A stretch of DNA of 64,000 nucleotides from Bacilli bacterium. GTDB taxonomy: Bacteria; Bacillota_I; Bacilli_A; RF39; UBA660. Made by a program: the position numbers and the translations under genes. The notes beneath the pieces were generated by a model. It saw only the letters and a program-made list of their open reading frames with translations, had not been told where the DNA came from and did no database searches. The stretch is from assembly GCA_030602345.1 (NCBI GenBank), contig JAUVZX010000004.1, positions 202-64,201 on the forward strand, read 5' to 3'. Below are positions 1 to 7,915 of the stretch, one piece after another (position 1 is the stretch's first letter; the number at the start of each line of letters is the position of its first letter).

Positions 1-182
1 GTATAAACGCTTAATCCTTGAATTATTTTTTCACTTTCGAGATTTCCAATTAGTGATGTAGAAACATCTACCATTTCAGCTAATTTTTCTTGAGTAATTT
101 TTTCTTTTTCCAGGCTATATTTTAAACGGTAATATTTTATATTTTTGCCTATTAATTTGAATAATCTAATTTCCTCATTCAT
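1..182 (-). CDS. XRE/SinR-like helix-turn-helix transcriptional regulator, N-terminal fragment (gene continues past left edge)
   Basis: Not in ORF track (truncated). Reverse-strand ATG at 180-182, AGGAGTG RBS (plus-strand 188-194). My translation MNEEIRLFKLIGKNIKYYRLKYSLEKEKITQEKLAEMVDVSTSLIGNLESEK fits the HTH_3 pattern. Confidence 0.7.
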   Translation of the reverse strand, partial: MNEEIRLFKLIGKNIKYYRLKYSLEKEKITQEKLAEMVDVSTSLIGNLESEKIIQGLSVY

Positions 183-253
183 TTTATCACTCCTAGTAGT
201 ATTTTCACATTTATGAACGTTAAAGACCATAGACCTTTAATGATAATAAAACA

Positions 254-282
254 TTGACAATGATAAAATAAAAAGATAAAAT
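254..282 (+). promoter_or_regulatory. sigma-A type promoter upstream of module A
   Basis: TTGACA 254-259, 17-nt spacer, TAAAAT 277-282; GGAGGA RBS 288-293; ATG 298. Confidence 0.6.
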
Positions 283-297
283 TAAAGCGGAGGATTT

Positions 298-939
298 ATG
301 AAGAAATTAGTATTAATAGTTTTATCAATAGTAATTATTTCTGGCCTTTTTTATTTTTTGGCATATTTACCAGAACAAGCTAGAAAAATAAGAATAGCAG
401 AAATAAAAAAAGGTTGGCATGTGGAAATAACTACAAAAACATTAAACGTTAGAGAAACACCAGAGCCTTGGGGTGTTAAAATAGGAGAAGTGAAAGAAGG
501 TCAAGTTTATGAAGTTGTAGAAATGAATTTTTCTGATTTCTCGAGATTCTGGTATAAAATTAAGATAAATGACTATAAAGAAGGATGGGTTGCTAATCCA
601 AGAATTACAAAGGAATACTTGAATGATATAAATAATGATTTAGACATATCACCACCTACTTTAAAGTATTTTGAAGAAACATATTTTGTTAAAGATATAG
701 AATCTATTAATTATGATCATCTTGAAGTAACAGATGATAAAGATGGAGTAGTTGTTACTCATGTTATTTATCATGAGTATGAACCTAGTTCTGATCCTGA
801 ACTTCACAAAGACCAATATTGGATAGTTTATACTGCGACTGATACTTCAGACAAGAAGGTTTCTAAGACACAGGCTATTGTTTTTGAAAAAAGACCATCA
901 AAAAACCAAGTTATAGATTTTAAATTATTTAAAAAATAG
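298..939 (+). CDS. membrane-anchored SH3b + Ig-like (DUF5011-like) domain protein; paralog of 23242..23847
   Basis: 213 aa. N-terminal TM (LVLIVLSIVIISGLFYFLAYL). SH3b-like block GWHVEITTKTLNVRETPEPWG..GQVYEVVEM..WYKIKI..GWVANP. Ig-like block DISPPTL..YWIVYTATDTSDKKVSKTQAIVFE. Alignable end to end with 23242..23847. Confidence 0.6.
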   Translation: MKKLVLIVLSIVIISGLFYFLAYLPEQARKIRIAEIKKGWHVEITTKTLNVRETPEPWGVKIGEVKEGQVYEVVEMNFSDFSRFWYKIKINDYKEGWVANPRITKEYLNDINNDLDISPPTLKYFEETYFVKDIESINYDHLEVTDDKDGVVVTHVIYHEYEPSSDPELHKDQYWIVYTATDTSDKKVSKTQAIVFEKRPSKNQVIDFKLFKK

Positions 940-1024
940 ATATTTTATCTATTTTTTTGATTTGTAGTACTAAAAAAACTTTTTGATTTGCAATATTATG
1001 TTATAATTGTTATAAGGTGAAAAT

Positions 1025-1534
1025 ATGGAAAAGTATTTCTTGCGTATAGGTTTTATCTTATATATCGTATTTGTAATATTTATAAATTTTTATATTTTAT
1101 CGTATAATTTTTTTGAGGTGGCAAATTTTGGAAAATATACTTTTTTTTCGTCATCTAAAATAAAAGATTATCAAAGAGGTTATTTTATTATTTCTTCAAA
1201 AAACAATAAAGATGTTAATGTCGGGGACACTATATACTTTTATAATAGTTATGAAGCAAAGTCAGAAATTTTAAGTTCTGTTGTTTTTGAAATAAGCAAG
1301 AATAACGAAAATGAAATAACATATCAAATAGAAAATAATAAACTATTATCATCATCTTATTTAATAGGAAAAGAAGATGATTTTACGAAAGTGCCTTTTA
1401 TTGGTTATACAGTTGATTTTGTAACATCTACGATAGGGTATTTTTTAACTATATTTATACCATTGTTGTGGTTATTTGGCTGTCGTGTTTTAAAGATTTG
1501 TACAAATAGTAAGGTGTTTAAAAATGTTGTTTAG
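1025..1534 (+). CDS. SipW-like signal peptidase I paralog, catalytically degenerate (pseudo-peptidase)
   Basis: 169 aa with N- and C-terminal TM helices around a SipW-like core (VGDTIYFY, YLIGK), alignable to 6063..6602. The SM(E/A)P serine box reads SSSKIKDY and the THR(I/V) histidine box reads LSSVV (His lost). Confidence 0.55.
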   Translation: MEKYFLRIGFILYIVFVIFINFYILSYNFFEVANFGKYTFFSSSKIKDYQRGYFIISSKNNKDVNVGDTIYFYNSYEAKSEILSSVVFEISKNNENEITYQIENNKLLSSSYLIGKEDDFTKVPFIGYTVDFVTSTIGYFLTIFIPLLWLFGCRVLKICTNSKVFKNVV

Positions 1535-2429
1535 TAAGAAGAATATAATAATTTTATTATTTGCTGTATTTCTTTTGATTATATCCCCAACTTTAGGAAG
1601 ATTTATATACTTTGAAGTTAGAGATATATATTTTAGAGTTCAAAATTTTTATTTTGAAAGTGATAAATTAAAAGTAAATAAGGCAACATATCAAGTTAAT
1701 AATTATAACGGTGTTGATAGTTATAATGTTGTTATTAATTTAAATAGTTTTAAAAACAATTTGCAAAAAGCAACCATGGATATAGCTTATGAAATAACTT
1801 TTACATGTTCTAATAAAGCAATTTGTGATGTTGATAAGGATGATGGAATAATTTATTCTTCAAATAACATGGATACTATCACAATAACGATAACTCCTAA
1901 TCAACAGTTAAATAACAATGATATTATTTGGATGGATGTGGTTGCAAAATCGACTTCACCATATGTTAAAGAAATAAGCGCTATATTTATTTTAAGAGTA
2001 GGTTTTTTGGGTTTGTCTCATGAAATCGCAGATGAAGTAGGAAGTCCTTACCTCGAAGTAAAAGTGGCGAACACTTTAGAGTATTATCGAGTAATAGAAG
2101 CTTTCGGCAGCTATAATGTAGAAGATAGAATAAATAGATCGACATATTTAACTCTTAGTGAAACAGATAAACAGAAATGTGTTTCATCATTTGTTAACTT
2201 ATCGTTTGACCCTGATTTGATAGTTATAGATATGACTGGGGAAATTTATTTAAGATCGACCAATCAAACAACTCAATCAATCGGGGGTCACAATTATTTA
2301 AATGGTTTAACTTTTAGAATCGATGCTCAAGACAGTGTAATTATAAGATTTTATAAAAAAAATTCACAGCAAAACTATACTTTTCCAATAATCAATCCAA
2401 CTTCGATAGTTGCAGTTACATATAATTAA
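1524..2429 (+). CDS. secreted/membrane-anchored beta-rich protein, possible distant TasA/camelysin-like component
   Basis: 301 aa. AAGGTG RBS 1511-1516; 11-nt overlap with the upstream gene. Hydrophobic N-terminus IIILLFAVFLLIISPTLG; N/T/Y-rich body. Occupies the slot held by 20354..20926 in module B. Confidence 0.4.
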   Translation: MLFSKKNIIILLFAVFLLIISPTLGRFIYFEVRDIYFRVQNFYFESDKLKVNKATYQVNNYNGVDSYNVVINLNSFKNNLQKATMDIAYEITFTCSNKAICDVDKDDGIIYSSNNMDTITITITPNQQLNNNDIIWMDVVAKSTSPYVKEISAIFILRVGFLGLSHEIADEVGSPYLEVKVANTLEYYRVIEAFGSYNVEDRINRSTYLTLSETDKQKCVSSFVNLSFDPDLIVIDMTGEIYLRSTNQTTQSIGGHNYLNGLTFRIDAQDSVIIRFYKKNSQQNYTFPIINPTSIVAVTYN

Positions 2430-2438
2430 GGAGGACTT

Positions 2439-3419
2439 ATGCAGGTAAATATTTTAAACGAATATATTAATTTTTCCAAAATGTGTATTGAAAAATATGC
2501 TAAGAAAATATTAGATAAACATTACGATGAAGATATTTTTAATCATTATATGAAAATATATATTGATAGAAGATATTATGGTAATGGGTTTTTAGATTTT
2601 GATAAAAGTTTTTCATATTTTATTGCATATGAACTTAGGAAATACTATGAGACAAGCGAATATATAGAAAATGATAATGCTGCAAAAATGCTTAAAGTAT
2701 TTAAGTATATTTTATATTTTGATAATGTAAAAGAAACAGAATCAATGAATAAAGTTATCGCAGAAGTAGCTATTTTCAGAAAAGAAGAATTATTATTGAA
2801 TGATAATTCTAAATTTTCAAAAGAATTGTTATCAATGGTAAGAGATGATTTACTTCTAAAAAGAGAATTTATTGAAAAATTTCATATGGAAACATTTAAT
2901 ATGTGGTTTTATTTAACAGATTTAGAAAATGTTTATGATTCTGTATTGGAATCAACAATCAAATTTCCTAAATTATACAATAAAAAATCAATAAAAAAAG
3001 TATTTGATTCTAAAGATATAAAAGAAGAGCGTCAATTTGTAGAATATTGTTATGTTGCTTCTCACATACTATTAGATATTATAAAGGGAGATTTTAAAAA
3101 ACAATATATGGTTAGTTTTTCTCCTTCTTTAGTAACTAAGAAAACAAAAAACAAACAAGTAATGAATGTTATTGATAATGATATAGCAAAAGAAAAATTA
3201 GTTATTAAAATCAGTTATAAAGATTTCATTTCTTCTAAGGAAGAATATTATTCGAAGATGAGAATAGGTTTTAGATTTGCTCTTATCATAGATGAAGCTT
3301 TTGAAGGAAGAGAAGAAGACTTCAAAATTTTAGAAGCTTTTAAATACATAATAATTAGTAGCAAATCAATTTATTATGAAAGGATATCAAGTGATAACGT
3401 TGTAGTTACCTTGAAATAG
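2439..3419 (+). CDS. hypothetical cytoplasmic protein (no TM or signal peptide)
   Basis: 326 aa; AAGGAGGA RBS 2428-2435. The C-terminal half (..YMVSFSPSLV..LVIKISYKDF..GFRFALIIDEAFEG..FKYIIIS) only faintly recalls an EAL/TIM-barrel strand pattern, without the catalytic residues. Confidence 0.45.
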   Translation: MQVNILNEYINFSKMCIEKYAKKILDKHYDEDIFNHYMKIYIDRRYYGNGFLDFDKSFSYFIAYELRKYYETSEYIENDNAAKMLKVFKYILYFDNVKETESMNKVIAEVAIFRKEELLLNDNSKFSKELLSMVRDDLLLKREFIEKFHMETFNMWFYLTDLENVYDSVLESTIKFPKLYNKKSIKKVFDSKDIKEERQFVEYCYVASHILLDIIKGDFKKQYMVSFSPSLVTKKTKNKQVMNVIDNDIAKEKLVIKISYKDFISSKEEYYSKMRIGFRFALIIDEAFEGREEDFKILEAFKYIIISSKSIYYERISSDNVVVTLK

Positions 3420-3426
3420 TGATTAG

Positions 3427-4920
3427 ATGGAAGCATTCTTTAAATTTTTATATGAAATTTTATCATTATTTTTTGGTGGAATTTTTAACATTTTCAAAGG
3501 AATTTTTGATGGCTTGGTTCAAATGTTTAATTATAATTCCTACATTAGAGTATTAAATCAATACAAAGGCGAATTCAATGGTTCAGATTGGATATTTGTA
3601 GTAATGGCAATCGGATCTATTGTTATAATACTTAGTCTTACAATAGTATTGATTGTTCTTCTGGCGAGAAAATATATCAAATTCCGAAAAGGGTTAGTTG
3701 AGCAAGAAGAACTTTTAAGAGAGGTTTCTGCTTTGAACGAAGAAGTAGTTAAACTAATGAAAGAAAAAGATAAAATAATGTCGATCAGAGGTCCAATTCT
3801 TGATGGTGAAAATAACGAAGAAGACGCGATTAATACGGAAAACACACGTTTTTCTAAATTAACAGCGATCGATGTTCTTTATCATAATGTTCCCAAGAAA
3901 GATTTTGGTAATGACTTTACTTTAGAACAGTTAGTAGATATGTTTAGAAATTTTTCTGCCTACTATCTTCGTTTATATTATCGTGAAGAAATGATTAGAT
4001 TGTTTATTGCTTCATTAGCTTCAACAAAATTAATTATTTTACAAGGTATTTCTGGAACAGGTAAAACTTCATTAGCTTATGCGTGGGGTAAATTTTTACA
4101 AAATGATTCATGTGTTGCTTCTGTTCAACCTTCATGGAGAGATAGAACGGAATTATTTGGTTATTTCAATGAATTTACTAAAAAGTTCAATGAGACTGAC
4201 GTTTTAAAAGAAATATATGAAGCTGGATATACTGATGATATTTATACAGTAATTCTCGATGAGATGAATATTTCGAGGGTAGAATATTATTTTGCTGAAA
4301 TGCTATCTATTTTGGAAATGCCAAATAAAGATGAATGGAAAGTAGAATTAGTAGCTAGTGGTTGGCCAAACGATCCAAAAAAATTAATGGATGGTAAATT
4401 AAAAATTGCTCCTAATGTCTGGTACATAGGAACAATCAATAACGATGACTCAACATTTATGGTAACCGATAAGGTTTATGACCGTGCAATGCCTATTGAT
4501 ATTAATGAAAAAGGACAAGTGTTTGATGCTAAAGATATTCCTGCTCAAAAAATAAATTATAGTTACTTAGATAATTTATTTACTCAAGCATTAAAAACTT
4601 ATTCAATTTCAGAGGAGACTTTATCTAAAATTGAAGTAATGGATGATTTTGTTATTAGACATTTTAGAATAGCATTTGGTAACCGTATTGTGGCTCATAT
4701 GAAAAGGTTTGTGCCCGTTTATATGGCGTGTGGTGGTGATGAACTAGATGGAATTGATTATTTCCTTTCTAGAAAAGTATTACGTAAGTTTGAACAATTA
4801 AATATTGCGTATATTCGTGATGAGATAGATAATTACATAGACTTTTTAGATAAGACATTCGGAAAAGAAAGAATGAAAGAGTGTCAAGAATATTTAAGGA
4901 GACTTAAGAAAAGCGTTTAG
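3427..4920 (+). CDS. membrane-anchored McrB-family AAA+ (GTPase-type) protein
   Basis: 497 aa. Two N-terminal hydrophobic helices (second IFVVMAIGSIVIILSLTIVLIVLL followed by RKYIKFRK), then a short coiled coil. Walker A GISGTGKTS; Walker B and McrB-type extension VILDEMNISRVEYYFAEMLSILE; YIGTINNDDSTFMVTDKVYDRAM resembles the McrB NxxD / R-finger block. Confidence 0.75.
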   Translation: MEAFFKFLYEILSLFFGGIFNIFKGIFDGLVQMFNYNSYIRVLNQYKGEFNGSDWIFVVMAIGSIVIILSLTIVLIVLLARKYIKFRKGLVEQEELLREVSALNEEVVKLMKEKDKIMSIRGPILDGENNEEDAINTENTRFSKLTAIDVLYHNVPKKDFGNDFTLEQLVDMFRNFSAYYLRLYYREEMIRLFIASLASTKLIILQGISGTGKTSLAYAWGKFLQNDSCVASVQPSWRDRTELFGYFNEFTKKFNETDVLKEIYEAGYTDDIYTVILDEMNISRVEYYFAEMLSILEMPNKDEWKVELVASGWPNDPKKLMDGKLKIAPNVWYIGTINNDDSTFMVTDKVYDRAMPIDINEKGQVFDAKDIPAQKINYSYLDNLFTQALKTYSISEETLSKIEVMDDFVIRHFRIAFGNRIVAHMKRFVPVYMACGGDELDGIDYFLSRKVLRKFEQLNIAYIRDEIDNYIDFLDKTFGKERMKECQEYLRRLKKSV

Positions 4921-4935
4921 TAATGGAGGTGTAGG

Positions 4936-6066
4936 ATGAAAGAATTAAAAATTATTGATTTATATCAAAAAACTAATGAGCAAAAATTAAATTCTTTCTC
5001 TGAAACTTTAAATTCTTCAGTGGAAGTATCACATGTTTATAGTGATTATATATATGACGATGAGTGGATGACAAAGATAGAAAATGGTGTTAGATATATT
5101 GAAAACATTCTTAGAAATCCTAATCGTTTTATCATCAATGAAGAGGATGTTGTAAAAATTGAATTAGCTAGAAAAATTACTGTGGATAGTATTAAACATT
5201 TGTCTAAAAATACTAACTTGATTCAAGATATAGATAAGTACACTGGAGATGTTAAGCCTTCCAAAATATTAAATATTAATAAAGAAGAAAGCTTTAATAC
5301 ATATGAAAATCGTTTTATATATAGTTTAATTAAAAATTTAGATTTATATATCAATAGAAAAAAACAGTTAATTAATAGAAGTTTTTTCTATGCAAATGAT
5401 AAAGAAATAAAATATAAAGGAACAACGGAATTATCTAATGAAAAAGTAGATATTTCCATTAATCTAAATACTAAAATAATGGATTCTGAAAAAGTTGCTC
5501 AAGAAAAAATAGAGAGAATTTTAGAAAGAATCAAAAGCGTAGAAGACAGAATAACCGATTTAAAACAGTTTGAAGTTTTTTCTATGTTAAATAAAGCAAA
5601 TACTAGCCTAGTTACTTCACCGATCAAGAAGACGAATGTAATTTTAAAAAATGTAAATTTCCAAAATGCTGTTGAACTATGGAATTATATTCAAGTCAAT
5701 ATGAATGATAATTCAAAAGTGTCTAACAGTGATAAAAGACTAGATGATGATCCAGAAATAAAGGGTTTAATCGATGAAATTTTTATGATGAATTATTTGG
5801 TTGCGAGATCCCTCGATCAAGATGAAGAAGACGAAGAAAAGAAAAAAGCAGTCTCTGGATTTTTAATTAATAATCTTGTTCAAAAAATGGTTCAAACTAA
5901 TTCTGATTTAACTCAAAAAGAATTAACTGATATGATTAAAAAAGAATTTATTTATATTAGAAAACAAGATATGGTTAGTACTAGAGAAATCAAAAATATA
6001 TTTAAAGGAGCTATTAAAGAATATCGAAAAATGGCTAATAATAACATATTGAGGAGTAAAAAATGA
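4936..6066 (+). CDS. McrC N-terminal/DUF2357-like partner protein with no recognisable nuclease domain
   Basis: 376 aa; GGAGG RBS 4925-4929. Motif ESFNTYENRFIYSLIKNLDLYI. C-terminal half is K/E-rich coiled and acidic (DQDEEDEEKKK) with no PD-(D/E)xK pattern seen. Stop overlaps the sipW start (ATGA 6063-6066). Confidence 0.45.
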   Translation: MKELKIIDLYQKTNEQKLNSFSETLNSSVEVSHVYSDYIYDDEWMTKIENGVRYIENILRNPNRFIINEEDVVKIELARKITVDSIKHLSKNTNLIQDIDKYTGDVKPSKILNINKEESFNTYENRFIYSLIKNLDLYINRKKQLINRSFFYANDKEIKYKGTTELSNEKVDISINLNTKIMDSEKVAQEKIERILERIKSVEDRITDLKQFEVFSMLNKANTSLVTSPIKKTNVILKNVNFQNAVELWNYIQVNMNDNSKVSNSDKRLDDDPEIKGLIDEIFMMNYLVARSLDQDEEDEEKKKAVSGFLINNLVQKMVQTNSDLTQKELTDMIKKEFIYIRKQDMVSTREIKNIFKGAIKEYRKMANNNILRSKK

Positions 6067-6602
6067 AAAATAATTTAATAATTAGAAGTATCTTTTTTAT
6101 AGCGAAAACAATAGCAGTATTATTTGTTGTTGGAATTTTCTCTATTATTTTAGTTCAAAGAGTTTTTAATAACAACGTTTCACTATTTGGTTATAGAATA
6201 TTTACAGTTGTAACTCAAAGTATGGAACCAGATTATATGGTTTCCGATATCATTATTTCCAAAAATGTTGATACTAATACATTGAAAGTTGGAGATGACG
6301 TTGTTTATCTGGGTAAAGTTGGTACTTTTGAAAATAAAATAGTTACTCATAGAATAATTGAAATAGTAGAAAATGACGGACCGAAAGAATTTTACACTCA
6401 AGGCATTAATAATACCGGAGTAGATCCTGTCGTGACGGAAGATCAAATATATGGAGTTGTTCTAGGAAAGAGCAGTATTTTAAGTTTTTTAAGTAAACTA
6501 GTTAGCACTCCGTTTGGTTTTATGTTGCTAGTTTTATTGCCTGGTTCTATTTTAATAGCAACTGAGATATTCGATAAATTTAACGAAAAAGAAGAAGAGT
6601 AA
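6063..6602 (+). CDS. sipW: signal peptidase I, SipW (ER/archaeal) type, catalytic residues intact
   Basis: 179 aa. N- and C-terminal TM helices; Ser box VVTQSMEPDY; His box VTHRIIEI; later YTQGINN..DP block. Confidence 0.8.
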   Translation: MKNNLIIRSIFFIAKTIAVLFVVGIFSIILVQRVFNNNVSLFGYRIFTVVTQSMEPDYMVSDIIISKNVDTNTLKVGDDVVYLGKVGTFENKIVTHRIIEIVENDGPKEFYTQGINNTGVDPVVTEDQIYGVVLGKSSILSFLSKLVSTPFGFMLLVLLPGSILIATEIFDKFNEKEEE

Positions 6603-6603
6603 C

Positions 6604-7191
6604 ATGAAAGCATTTTTTTCAAAAAATAATCTTAGATTGAACTTTTTATTGATGATGGCAATATTGTTATCATTTAATTCTTTTGCGTGGTTTGTATATT
6701 CTTCAAGAGTTGCAAATAGTATTACAACTAGAGTAAGAGGTTGGAAAGTTAATTTTGAATCCGGAGATAATCAAGTAGCGGAATTCATCAATTTTAATGT
6801 TGATGCTTTGTATCCGGGAATGGCCGAATATAACAATGCAATCAATATAATTAACTATAGTGAGGTCCCGGTTAATTTAACTTACGAAATAGTCAGCATA
6901 AAAATAATGGATGAAATATACAACGGAGAGGATTATCAATTGGTTGATTTACTTGATATGTTGAGCGACGATTTTCCCTTTTCTATTAATTTTGAATTAA
7001 CAGAATCTATATTGCCGCCCAATCAAGGAGAAAGTGATTTCCTTATAAATATAATTTGGCCATTTGAAAGTGGAGATGATGAAGCTGATACTTATTGGGG
7101 CAACTTAGCTTATGATTATGCACAAGAAAACCCGGCATCACCGGGCATTGTAATTTCAGTAAGATTATTTGCTACACAAGGAACGCCTTAA
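6604..7191 (+). CDS. TasA/camelysin-like secreted protein (small subunit type 1)
   Basis: 195 aa; 1-nt gap after sipW. N-terminus KNNLRLNFLLMMAILLSFNSFAWF resembles the SipW-cognate signal class. LYPGM and beta-sandwich-like alternating pattern. Confidence 0.6.
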   Translation: MKAFFSKNNLRLNFLLMMAILLSFNSFAWFVYSSRVANSITTRVRGWKVNFESGDNQVAEFINFNVDALYPGMAEYNNAINIINYSEVPVNLTYEIVSIKIMDEIYNGEDYQLVDLLDMLSDDFPFSINFELTESILPPNQGESDFLINIIWPFESGDDEADTYWGNLAYDYAQENPASPGIVISVRLFATQGTP

Positions 7192-7772
7192 TTAATCACT
7201 TGAGAGAAATTAATTAAAACATTCATTTTGGCTTTGCCATCTGATAGAGCAGCTATTGTGTCATCTACATTATTTGAAGAAGAATCATCCCATTTTATAT
7301 AAAGGCGGATGGTTCTTGTTTTATTTTGAGCATCTAATAAGATTGTTTCATCATAATCGGTTATCATTCCACCAACGTTATTCATTGCTCCACCATCTAT
7401 CGTATAACCAACTACAATTAGATCGCTCACAGCACTTTCAGCATTTATTGAAGTGATTAAAGAATAATTAAAGGATACATCAACATTAGTTGCATCTATA
7501 TTTAAATCGAAATATCCAACTGCTCCGGGAGCGATTACTCCATCGGCAACATTACTATTATTAAGAAATATAGGAGTAAGAACATTATTTATTTGATTAT
7601 TTGAAATTATATCTTGGTTATTGACTATTATATTCCATCTTGCAATAGAAATATTCGTTTCACCACTTGCTTCACTTCTATATTTTGAATAAGTATCTTG
7701 AACTGTTGAAATTAAAAGAAGGAAAGAAATAAGTGCAATCAAAAAACCAGTTTTTTTATCTCGCTTCATCAT
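7188..7772 (-). CDS. TasA/camelysin-like secreted protein (small subunit type 2), inverted relative to the operon; paralog of 20354..20926
   Basis: 194 aa; GGAGGA RBS on the minus strand just upstream. N-terminus KKTGFLIALISFLLLISTVQDTYSKYRSE. IARWNIIVNN and APGAVGYFDLNIDA match LADWQILVNN and APGLDGYFEIILDP in the module B paralog. Confidence 0.55.
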   Translation of the reverse strand: MMKRDKKTGFLIALISFLLLISTVQDTYSKYRSEASGETNISIARWNIIVNNQDIISNNQINNVLTPIFLNNSNVADGVIAPGAVGYFDLNIDATNVDVSFNYSLITSINAESAVSDLIVVGYTIDGGAMNNVGGMITDYDETILLDAQNKTRTIRLYIKWDDSSSNNVDDTIAALSDGKAKMNVLINFSQVIN

Positions 7773-7915
7773 ATCCTCCTATCTTATCCTAAAATATAAC
7801 ATAATATAATCAAATTTACAATATTTTAAGGTCTGCTTGACATTTATTCAATTGTAAAAATTAAGCGTCTATGTTAAAATTAAAAAGTAAAGAACACTAA
7901 AGAAAAGAGCGTTTT

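Noticed and set aside
3427-6066. Calling the AAA+/DUF2357-like pair a conventional McrBC type IV restriction system.
   Set aside because: There is no recognisable nuclease or DNA-binding domain. The ATPase is membrane-anchored, and the pair is translationally coupled to sipW and TasA-like genes. A defence role is kept only as an alternative hypothesis in the finding.
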